Assembly: GCF_964204645.1 (NCBI RefSeq)
Contig: NC_134028.1
Span: forward strand, 9,424,001 to 9,488,000
From: Tubulanus polymorphus
Taxonomy: Eukaryota; Animalia; Nemertea
Length of the DNA: 64,000 bases
Reading direction: 5' to 3'
A program made the translations under genes and the position numbers. Position 1 is the first letter of the stretch. The number at the start of each line of letters is the position of its first letter. The notes beneath the pieces are model-generated. The model searched no databases. It had not been told where the DNA came from and saw only the letters and a program-made list of their open reading frames with translations. Below, in pieces: positions 27,361-38,660 of the stretch.

Positions 27361-29835
27361 ATTGAATCCATTACTTTTCTACGAGAATGATTCGATATCA
27401 TCATCTACAACATCCAAAATTACTGTAATAGTTAGTATTGCATTAAAAGAAAATCTATTTGATGTAATGCCATTGTTCCAATTTGGTACAAGCGGCTTCT
27501 CACGAGTCACGAGGAAAATAATGTTTCTTTCGTGTGAGTAAGAGCAAAATGAATCTAACGATTGCGACCACTTAAATTTTCCATTAATCTTTGAATTGTT
27601 GTATAAACGATTATTGCTTTCGAAGAACAGTAAACGAGATGAATCATGTCCGAAACAATGACTCGAAACCCAAATATTAATAAACCCTATATCTCATTAA
27701 TCGAATTCTTCTATTTCAACTATTACGACTTGACAAACACCCAGTTTCTCTTGTCTGCACTCATCACGTGTTTTATAACGTTACTATTGATGTAAGCCGC
27801 TGTTACAGTTTCTGTGTCAACAATTCGAATCGTATAATAGCCGGAGAGAGATGGTCGTTGAAGTCGGCGCGCGTTTGCTCGCGCGATTGTTTCGTGGTTC
27901 ATCGCGGTTTCCACAATCGGCTTACCGTAAACATCGAGGATTTCACATCTGGGACCATGACGTCATTCCTTGAAGAGACAAATACAGAATTATGTTGTTT
28001 TCTTCAATATTCGAATGCTAACGTGTGTGGCTATGACGTAAAATACCTGACACGTAAACGAGGTCACGGGGCGGATTTATAGAGGCGGTGCGCAGGTCGT
28101 AGATTTCTTGTATCGAGTTTTTTTTTAAGAACATTTAAAAATGTAAGGAATTCTAGAATCCATTTTTTGAAAACGATGATTTTAAAAGCAGGAATTAAGG
28201 TAAAGGTATCTTTCTACTTATCTGAGGCTTAGCATCTTTGCAAAACACGTCGAAGTAGCTTTTGCCCCTATTACCCAACCAATAATCAAACATTGAGATC
28301 TACCCAAGTACAGGTGTATCAGTATTTCCGTCACCTTTCCTGATCGACCTACACATCTTGACGCCTACACAGCTTATTGTGGTCACATGCCTTACTACGA
28401 CACAGAGCGCAAGCCAAGAAGAAAAATACCAGATTTTTTTTCCATAAGTCGGTTTTAAGATATTCAAGCTACAGCCACTCGTGTGCCACACAACAGTGGC
28501 GGATCAAGGGTGGTTCGAACCCACCCCTTTTTCCGGATGAGTGCCCTTCAGAGAATTGACGATGAAAACACACACACGTTCATTGAAATATTTCCCGAGA
28601 GATCTTGACTTAAATGCCCTTGGATTGCATGAAAAGAAAATGTATCTCAATTTGCATACTCTTCATTTGTCTTCCGCACTCACGGCGCGCATTCCGAGTG
28701 AACCAACCCATGTCAAAAACCTAGATTCCCTGCTCGGCTGAGTTCTCACGAGTCTCCTGGTGTTCATTCGTTCAATCCTGTTTCGATCCAGGCAGGTGTG
28801 GTGGTTTGGTAAAGCACCGAATCAAGGGAAATTTACCAATCAAACAAATAACAGGGTCAATCCCGATTTTGAATTTAAAAAAAACCGCATGACTGCAGTC
28901 ACTGCCCAGAACTTTGTTTGTTTGTGTTTGCCATATTTAGTATAGTAGTATGTTTATTTTTCATAACTCATACATACAATGTCACATTTGGACAGGTTTT
29001 GAGTGCACTATATGGTTATGAAGGATCCAGTGCTAGCCAGCTGGCTGCGCTTAGGATTAAGGCACTGGACCTTGTTTAAACCGTAAGAGAGGTATCATCA
29101 TCTTGTAATGTCAGCCACGTAGTGATATATGTAAATTGTTCTGATCGAGGCCAACGATCGAACGGAGAACGAACATTTTTCCAGTCCATGTGATTTAACA
29201 CAGGTAGATAATACTCTCGTATAGGTCTAGTAGTAGTCTTATGTATCTCCTGCCTGGGAATAATATTGATAAGATTTTCCAGCGGCGGCAGTGCGCACGT
29301 TTGACTCAGAGCACTATGCGCCCACCTGCTCTTTTCACGACACCCGTCTATCTTGTCGTCAGCCGATAAAACACCGCCGTAACCGGGAACCAGTCCAGAT
29401 GTTCCGTCACGTGTCAAATACACGCGTGGTCCTAGCTAGCAATCGAAGAAAGCTATACATGCGATGACACTTGCATCACCGCGGGAGAATAAAAGTAAAA
29501 TGTTTCTTTCCCGCGCTATTGCACAGCCTTCTTTCGAATAAGAAGGACATGTAGAGCCGATGATAGAAAAAAGGTTAATCACAGAAATATACCTCAGCTG
29601 CAGTAATGTCGATAGTTTCACATGATCAGTCATCCACTCTCAGTTTAACCATTGTGTTTTTATTTTCCATTTTAATCATCCATTCGAATAGTAAATGGAA
29701 GGAAAGCATTTCGAGTATATTATAATGTATATACAAACCTGTCCCTTTGGGAAGACCCTATGATTGACATCGAATAAATTATTGGTTCCGTTCTTTTCTT
29801 CACCTTCATCATTCCTGTACCCGTATCGCTAACTG

Positions 29836-30015
29836 TGGCAATCCAGGATTCCACGTATGGCAGGCGAGGATCCACCAGGTTCGCTAGTAGTTAATCGGTC
29901 ATCCGCGTTCTATTTCTTCTACATTTCAATTAAAACTGAATGAATTTTCTCTTGAATATTTTGGAAACTATACCCATCTAGGTAGAAACATATTGATTTA
30001 TTGTATATTGGTGGG
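29836..30015 (+). repeat. Interspersed repeat family A, copy 3
   Basis: TGGCAATCCAGGATTCCACGTATGGCAGGCGAGGATCCACCAGGTTCGCT... matches the 4561 copy. Confidence 0.75.
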
Positions 30016-30599
30016 TCGTATGATAACATATACGAGAGGTATTTTTTGAAAAATTAATAATTAAAAGAATACGATTCACATAGTCCTATACTTTTAAAAC
30101 TGTTTTGTAATCAAGGTATCTAAAATAGCATTCATCGTTCGGGAACTCTAGACGTCGATTTAGCAGGCAGGAGTCTTTCCCGAAATAGACGACTGAAATG
30201 CACATCTGTGCTGTCGCATAAGAAATAATCTTACTAGAAATTCAAAGATAAATACAAATGAAAAGTGAGATGAGATTTCTTTTCTAAAGAACAATGGCCA
30301 CGGGCTCCACACGGTGAATTCAGGAAATACCAACAAACTTTTCTATGTAAAATTCAAATTTTAATTTTATGTGACACACTAAGATATTACAGTATCTATA
30401 TATGCCCTAGCCGATTATGTGACTATACTGACACTATCAATTTATGAAACTTCATAAAGAACTGCCTGTCATTTTCAAACCATTTGAGATAAATCAGCCA
30501 AATCTTCAGGAGAGATGGATTACTATTATACTTTTCACCACAAAAAAAATTACTTTATTAAAATCCAATTACCATGACTCAGTCTATTGTTGAAATTTC

Positions 30600-31002
30600 T
30601 CAGTACGTTGCCAATCATCTGAGTTATTGCAGATGTTTCTCTTGAAATCATCAATAGTTTCTGGTTTGTTTTGGTACACTGTATCCTTCAGCTAGCCCCA
30701 CAAGTATAAGTCCAGTGGATTTAGGTCAGGCGAGTATGGGGCCCAGTCGTTTACAGTTTACAGCGCTGTGATTATGTCACCCAAATGCCTAGGCAGAATA
30801 TCAATTGCTCTGCGTGCTGTAAGACATTGCGCACCATCCTGTTGGAACCACACTGGATTAAGACTTCATCTAGACATCTACGAAGTTTTGTAATAGAGTA
30901 CTGAATCGGCATCTTATGATAGCCGGCCCCATTCATAGTCAGCATTTCCTTTTTTGTCAAAAAGTATAGCCCGATTAAAGGCCCACTTGATGACCTCTGC
31001 AT
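30600..31002 (-). pseudogene. Tc1/mariner transposase fossil, DD41D (rosa/Visitor) type, catalytic C-terminal part
   Basis: Manual translation gives VWFQQDGAQCLTARRAIDILPRHLGDIITAL*TVNDWAPYSPDLNPLDLYLWG*LKDTVYQNKPETIDDFKRNI, with exactly 41 residues between the QQD and PLD aspartates; the frameshifted upstream piece LIGLYFL...TMNGAGYHKM resembles the IIGPYFF...TVNG..Y..M motif. Confidence 0.9.
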
Positions 31003-31106
31003 GACAAATCGAAAGATTACACCTCGTAGACAACCGATAGCTCACTCGATGACTTGGCAATCAAATATGGATTCTTAACCCCGAAATCTATGGTTCAGAT
31101 GGAGTA

Positions 31107-31276
31107 TACACGGTGTATCATGAAATGTATCATGCCTATGATAGTATTTCAACAATCCATCGGGCAAACATCCGGGTCTACCAACCTAATCCCCCCCCCA
31201 AAAAAAAAAAATTGATTATATTTAATGAATTTCTTTTCTTAAAACTTCGGTAACACATTTTCTGAGACACAATGTA
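31107..31276. mobile_element. Small mariner-type MITE or transposon ends
   Basis: TACACGGTGTATCATGAAATGT imperfectly mirrors ACATTTTCTGAGACACAATGTA; TA at both ends; adjacent to the DD41D fossil. Confidence 0.45.
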
Positions 31277-31659
31277 TAGCGAGTTGTTATTCTTGATTGT
31301 GGGTGTATGACCTAACAGTACAATGTCGATTTAATCTAAAGTAATCTAAACGGTATATCACAGTCAAGGTTGTTTAACTTGAAGGAGGCGTAGCCGGGTT
31401 TGAGTCACGCAGACCCGTTCTGTTTCTAGTAATTACAGATGCGTGGGGAGACAAACATATCTCGTTATTTTCAATTTATATCGAGAACAAAGCCCAACAA
31501 ATCATTGTTCATTCCTGATTTCAGGATTTAGAAATTCAATTAAATTCCCAGTAATGAAATCAAAAGTACATATTTGCTCGTATTTGCTAAGACATTTGGT
31601 GATACCATTGTACTACCTGAGACCTCGGAGTAATCAGACTGATGCAGGCTCAATCAGGC

Positions 31660-31964
31660 TCAGGATCACACGGAGACGATTTGGCCCGAGCACAGTTGGT
31701 ACGGATCAGGCCCGAGTCAAATTTGGCCCGTGCCTAATTAGAGAGCGCGTTCAAACGTAAACCACTCGATGCAATGTTCAAAGCGAAGTGAGTCATTTCC
31801 GGAACCAGTTGCAATTCGAACGCAATCATTTGTCCCTCTCCAAAATTTGGCACGGGCCCGCTCCGAAGGTTTTTGATCGGGCCAAATTTGGCAAACAGGC
31901 ACGGGCCCACATGGTACCCGTGTGAAATTTTTTTTCGGGCCAAAACGCTCTTGTGATCGCGTCT
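31660..31964 (+). mobile_element. MITE family C, copy 2
   Basis: GATCACACGGAGACGATTTGGCCCG...AAATTTGGCCCGTGCCTAATTAGAGAGCGCGTTCA is shared with the 50251 copy; ends TGTGATCGCGTCT. Confidence 0.8.
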
Positions 31965-33117
31965 GATAAATCAGTCTTACTCGGTCACATACGTGTGCTG
32001 CCATACGTGTGCTTAGGTCATATTTCGGTCCTTCAAGAACTTCCCCAGTCATTTCTATAATCTACCACGTGATTCAGTTGGCGCTGCCATCTCACTCGCA
32101 GCCACGAGGTAAATGGAAACTAGGAGAACTTGTAAAACAGCCCCTCGAACTAACTCGTGTAATCATGGCTTACTGTTTCAAATTAAGCAACCATTTAACG
32201 TGGGGAATTTTAGACAAATAACCGAGATCTCGTCTTACCAGTATTCAGAACGTGTTTGGTTAATTTCAGCGGCGATGAACGTGTGTACAGGTAAGACCAG
32301 TCGTGTCTGCGTGAGTCACTGCGACCTGAAGACGCCAAATACACCGCCATCCCTTAGGAACTATTCTACCCCTGGTAAGGATTGTATTATCTGTTAGTCG
32401 AGGCGCCGCTTAAATCCACCAACAACCGGTGACTCATTGAGAGACATATCTCAAAAACTTTTCTTCAATTTCTTCCGACCGGTTAATCCGCGGTGCTATG
32501 ACAGGTAGAGACAGAGAGAGAGGGAGAGAGAGAGAATGTAGCATTAATTAGTCTATTGCGTACAGAACCTTTTCATCCGATTTTCTATTTCGTAATTAGA
32601 AAACGATGAGTGTTGTGTGTGTGTGTACGTACAAGGCTCTGAGCCTCGGTTGTGAACTCACCGATGTCCGTCTAGAAAAAAAAACAAGATATAGACACGC
32701 AACTGTAGTAAAACACTAGGTGGAAAAATTGGCAGATTGTGTGTGGAAATGCTTGGATGTTGGGTGAATTGCATCATACACTATATTGTGATCTACCGTC
32801 TCCTATTCTTGTACCGATATACTCACCGATTCAGGGCGTTCATCATCAAGGTTTTTATCTAACCCGATAACAGGGAATCGACACATCACGGTTAAAGGTT
32901 TTAAACAGCTGTAATTAACAAGAAGTTAGACATTGTGAACATATTCACTTTACTTAACTTATACATTTAATACGTTACATGCTTTATTGACAGACTCGAG
33001 GGAAAAGTTTCATCACCATTACGCAGGTACTACATCAAGCTGTACTAAAGGAACCTCTGCCCGAAAAGCCACTTAGTTGTATTAATGTACTTAGAAGCGC
33101 ACTTTCTCGTACCTACA

Positions 33118-33280
33118 AGACCCGGGTTCGATTCCCGGTGAGTGTCCATAATTTCACTGTCAATATTATCATCGCAACAACCCAACAAGAACCTGCAGTC
33201 GTCATCTAAACCCTTTTACCAATATCCTATTTCACTTTCCACTGAGCATCACACAGCTCGCCATCCCGAATAGATATATT
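33118..33280 (+). mobile_element. tRNA-derived SINE remnant
   Basis: GACCCGGGTTCGATTCCCGG is a tRNA T-arm with a B-box (33125-33135); no intact 5' half. Similar B-boxes occur at 36886-36896 (+) and 43291-43302 (-). Confidence 0.4.
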
Positions 33281-33329
33281 TTAGTCCATTTCAGAATAGA
33301 GAAAAAGGTTGATTTATTACGTGACTGTC

Positions 33330-33493
33330 CCTTTCTGTGTGATATGAGGTTTTTTGCATTATCAAAATCATGATTTTCCCATTATGGCATCTCCCCTTAT
33401 GGCTTGGAGATGTCCTTTTCTCAAATTGTATTTATGTGTGTATATTAATTATTTGTTATTAGAGAGAATAAAGCATTCATTCATTCATTCATT
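33330..33493 (+). mobile_element. LINE/SINE 3' stub with stem-loop and (CATT)n tail
   Basis: CATCTCC...GGAGATG hairpin, then AATAAA immediately followed by (CATT)5. Confidence 0.55.
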
Positions 33494-34778
33494 ATAAGAC
33501 CCTCAATCTCGATGTAGATGTACGTAAAATGAACGGAAGTATCAAATAGATTTGACACGGACAATGAAAAGTCGCTTGTAAATGATGCATATATGTAGTA
33601 AATATGGTTGGGTGATGCATACACGCTTGTCACAGCTCCCTTTGCTGAGCGCACTTATCGGCTCATGCGCAAAATGTGCTCGAAGGCCGAGATTTATCAA
33701 ACGAATAAACAATAAAATCAACAATTCAGAACACAATGATAATTGAGCTCAATTCATTTGAGTTGCGAAACGTCTTCATAACCAACAAAACATAACAAAA
33801 GACTTCATTTAGCCTTCATTTAACTATTGGCGTCTGGAATCGTCCTACGCGATTACGTGTAGATATTGTCAATGTCCAATCGTTGAGAAAAAAAACGCTG
33901 TAAAATTTATGTGAACAACTGAAGCGAACACAACTAACAATCAATCTTACACCTTACTGTCTGGTAAACTAGAAATGTAACGCTCATCCGGGACACGTCG
34001 CCCGTAATGTCATTTCGGTGGAAATTCGATAAAACGTCAGAATACCATCTGGCGACGTTTTTTACGCTTACGTTAACGCTTAACGCGGCTCTGCGACGTT
34101 CTTCGTCAAGCGTTATCATTCCGTATTACGTTATTCCCCTTAATTATCTCATAATATCTGCAGGTCTGAAAATAATTGTCATATCGGCGCATCTTACTGT
34201 CAAAGCCTCGGGGGTGACATAAATAAAATTATTTGACACGGTTTAATGCAGATTCATTCAGATACTCGACGGACGCGTCTCAGACAATGGTTACAAATCT
34301 CCCGTACGATTCTAATGCGCGTCTACGCAGGTTTTAATCGACTCCGCGGATCAAAGACGAGTGTCTCTCGATCCGTAACAACTACTGTTTATTAACGTAG
34401 TCGTGTTTATCCGTCGATAACATCTTGTTCGACGAATTAATTATTGCACCCATATACTCTAGATCGGGATCGACCGTTTCATCGCAACGAAACGAAAAGT
34501 CTCGTTGGTTGTCCCGCTTATTTATCTTGATTCGATTCGCCGTCCTTATACAAACCCGCTACACCTGCCGGGAACAAAATAGGCATAGTTGGTTTCCAAA
34601 TTGGAAGTACAGATATAGTTGGATGGTTGGTTGATTTTTTTAGTTTTGACAATTTTGATAATGATAATAATAATAGTTATGATAATGATAATAATAATAA
34701 TGACTTATTTTCTTATATAGCGCACTCTAGCAATTTAAGTCGCAGTGCATTTAGGAATTTCGGTTCCGGTGTCATAAT

Positions 34779-36003
34779 TATGGTGGCTGATAAGGGCCAT
34801 CAAAATATTTCCAGACAAAAAATAATTTTGTCATGAAAAATAATTTTCCATCGAAAAATATTTTGTGAGTGAAAAATATTTCGTGAGTGAAAATAATTTT
34901 CCATCGAAAAATATTTCGTGAGTTAAAATAATTTCGTCATGAAAAATAAATTTCCATCGAAAAATATTCGCGAGTGAAAATAATTTCGGTGTGAAAAATA
35001 AATCGCCTTCAAAATATTTTTTGTGAGTAAAAATATTTCCATCAGAAATATTTTCCTATGTCTAAAAATATCTTTGCTGTAAAAATAATTTCGGGTTTTC
35101 CCGTTTTCACGCAGCAGTGTTTGTACCGTCAAGTATGTAGTGTGTATGTAGTGTGTTGAACGGGACATCAAGTAAAAGATGTCTTAGTTTTCAATCCTAC
35201 GGCTACAGCAACTTGTATCCGTTATTTTTGCCCTTTTTGTTGATATGAGGATTCCATTACATTGACAAAAATGGTTATTTCTAGATGGACCGGAGGAATC
35301 AAAATCAAGAGCCCTAATTTAATTTGATTTTGACTGTACAAAGTTTTGGCCCTAATTTGTGTTCACATGGACCCGATGACGGCACCACCATCCCATCCTT
35401 CCTAACGTTAGGTCTCAAGGATTCGTCACGACATTTTCGGATCAAAACCAATGCTCTACCCAACTACTCTGATTTTACATGAGAGCTGTGCGGTATACCC
35501 TGTGTAGTTCATGCACGCAGTGATACTATACTTAGGGCTAGTAGCATGGATGAAATAAGTTCAAGTGAGACAGTTCAATCGACAAGCGCGCGCGCACACG
35601 CGCGCATTAGCGGAAAAACCCACAATTATTTCTTACACAGCAAAAGTATTTTAGTATCGGAATATATTTTGAAGGACGGCGATTTATTTTTATAGCAGAA
35701 CTATTTTTGCTCAGCATATATGTTGAAGGTGATTATTTTCATGAGAAAATTATTTTCGCTTACGAATATATTTTGATGGAAATTTATTTTGCATAGCGGA
35801 ATTATTTTCACTCACGAAATATTTTCGATAGAAATTTATTTTTCATGAAATTATTTTCATTCACGAATATTTTTCGATGGAAAATAATTTTTTATGACGA
35901 AATTATTTTCACTCACGAAATATTTTTCGATGGAAATTTATTTTTCATTACGAAATTATTTTAATGTCAGAATATATTTTCATGGCCCTTTTCAGCCCCC
36001 ATA
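34779..36003. mobile_element. Non-autonomous foldback DNA transposon, IS3EU-like (1225 bp)
   Basis: Ends TATGGTGGCTGATAAGGGCCAT and ATGGCCCTTTTCAGCCCCCATA; perfect 6-bp TSD CATAAT (34773-34778 and 36004-36009); ~330-390 bp inverted arms made of AAAATAATTT/AAAATATTT tandem submotifs; ~500-bp non-coding core. Confidence 0.85.
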
Positions 36004-38503
36004 CATAATGAAATGCCTCCCCTTTTTCATGCCCCCTTACAATGGATCTCAGCAGCCCCATTATCACTTTCAATTCGTCAATCTTTTTTTTTGGGGGGGG
36101 GGGGCAACTGACATCGGCGGGTATCGGATTCAATGACATCGGTTCGTCTCAACATTTTTACATCCAGCTGGAACTGACAAGCGACTGATTATGATTTATT
36201 TTTGTTGTCCGCCTGAAAAACATCGAGATTTGAAAATTATCACATTATAAGGGTTTAAGATCATCTACTGTCCATTATTACGTTTTTGTCGTTTTCCTTG
36301 TGTAAATAGCCGGAAAGATTGTCGTTTCTCGGGTAGAAGTAACTCGGCGGTAACCTTAAGGCGTTTTTAGCAACTGCACGCATAACTTTTCTCGAGTTAC
36401 TTGCTTTTAGAGCCTACCTGTACACGGGAAGTCTTTCAAACTTTCCATTGCTACGAACACGTCTGAAATATAATGCCAAATGCAACGGATTAATCAGACG
36501 ATCGCACATACGTAGATCTACTACATTGGCCTAAAAACAATTTATTAGAGGAAACGTAGTTTGTCCAATGGCAGTGTTTTGTTTTGTATGTGGATTATTT
36601 GTCAGTGTGTGATGGAATTAAGCCAATACTCGGTTCGTCCTTGGGATGAGGTGTATGTATAGGACGATTGCCGTGAAACGATCCTGGATTTGAAGCGATG
36701 ACACGCTCAGCTCATTGCAACTGTAGCAATTCCCTCTAACCTTCGGGTACCCGGTAATCAGACTGATTACTCCAAGATCTAATCGATCACATGTTGTCGG
36801 CATTCCCCCCCCCCTCTTCTCGACAGGATCCCAACAGATGGCATTGTGTGGGACTGTTGCATAGTACCAGCGTCAAATTCCATCAGGTTCGAATCCCAGT
36901 CATAGGATGCTGATTTTGGAGGTCAGGCCGTGCCTGAGATTATCATTTTCTTAGCTGTCAATTCAAGACAATTCAAAAAGTACGTTCGGTATTCACTTAA
37001 TCTTCCTTCGCAGACATGTGTACGTTTTCGTCGAGCTATTGATTTATTGTTATGATTGGCATGTAACCATTAACTCTAAACCTAACCTTAACCTTTAAAT
37101 CTTATACTAACCTTAACCATAATGCCCAACCGAGATCCCGTAAGAAAGGCCACAGCATGTAATTAGAGTTAAATGCACTTAATCCTGTTCATTTTATCTT
37201 GTATTAATGCCTTATGGAAACTTGACCGTTGCGACGTCTGCTAAGCCAACGGTTGTCTAGCACCAAGGGCACTATTGCAAGGGCAAGTAAAACGTCCTTG
37301 GGGGATTTGCAGAGTTTTGTCTGGTTTTTTGGTGGATCAGCTGAAAATAGACTGGTATAGACTGAGATGACCGTAAGCCTGAAAAGGCAGATCGGTTAGG
37401 TTGACTTGGGTAGATTGACTGGGTAGATTAACCAATGCATGGGAAATTGACGTATAGTCATAGTAATGTAGGCACATTTGTAGACCAAGGATTTAAAGCC
37501 TTGCACTATATCCATTTTCTCCATACATGTAAATATTAGATAATTTGGTAACTCGCATTAGTTTTAATCTTTGTCTCTTTCATCGTTATCCTATGTACCA
37601 AAAATTTTATACACACCATTTTTTTCATATGATTTTTGGTACATTTGTGAATTTTGTTTTTTTTTTGTTATCAATAATCGTGCAAGATTTCATGATAAAT
37701 ATATATTGAATTGAATTGAATATGTATTCTGCGTTTAAAAACGGCAGTTGTAGAAATGCAGGAAAATGCCAGAGGTAAAAAAATAACTGGTATTAGTGAC
37801 AATCCAAACGATACAATATAGTTTAGCAGAATTTTCGGCAGAAGTGTAATTCATCCCGCGCTCACCTCTGATAGGAAGCCTTCAGAAGCTTTGTCGGTTA
37901 CATTTCAATAACACGGGTTTTTTTCGTACAGTACTCATTTTACGATCTTAGACTTGAAGCGCGGGTTTAACGCGCTCTGAAATGCGCTATCCGCATTTCA
38001 ATGCTTTTACCAGCTACGTTTCTCTAAGCTATGGTTATCGGATGTCTCGTGAACAATAGCTTACCGAGAACTTTCAGGGAATTTGACGCTCGCAAGGGAC
38101 TCATTATTCTGCCAGATATGCCCTGGCAAACCTTAGATATCACGTTAAAGCTTCATTTAAATTCAACCTGTGCGCCGTGTAATGCATGAATTTATTTCAA
38201 TTCCGCCTCCAGAATTTATTCGTCTCTCCACTATTCTAATGACACAATAGGGAGTCGAGAAAACGAATTTTAATATTTCCCCCTCTAATCAAATATGGCA
38301 GAATCTTCTCGTTTTAAAAACAAATGCGGTCGTGGCCTTGATAGTGGAATCGGGATATTTTGAATTTCTAAATTCTTAACAAGTGGAAATCTACAATGTT
38401 GATCCAAAGCGTTTATTGTCTGACGCTTTGATGTCCACTGTGTTGGGTTTTACTTCTTAATTCTAAATACCGAGATACATATTGATTACGGGTTTAGCTC
38501 AGA

Positions 38504-38660
38504 TGTGGTAAAATAATCGAAAGTAAGAGCGATAGCAAGTTACGTCCAATTTATTCCAAGTCAAGAGACGGAATGAAAGAAGGAGAACACGTGCTTATAT
38601 AAGCACTGATTAGTGATGAGCCACTGGCCAGTCCGGCACAAATAATAAGTACCTTATACA
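38504..38660 (-). mobile_element. Possible short solo LTR
   Basis: The minus strand begins TGT and ends ACA, with TATATAA followed ~45 bp later by AATAAA; the TSD is ambiguous (CAGA overlaps the terminal CA). Confidence 0.4.

Noticed and set aside
33118-33140. Functional tRNA gene
   Set aside because: Only a T-arm/B-box is present, with no acceptor, D or anticodon stems; the same holds at 36886 and 43291.
37064-37125. Interstitial telomeric repeat (CCTAAC-like)
   Set aside because: Short and highly degenerate; not a run of exact CCCTAA units.
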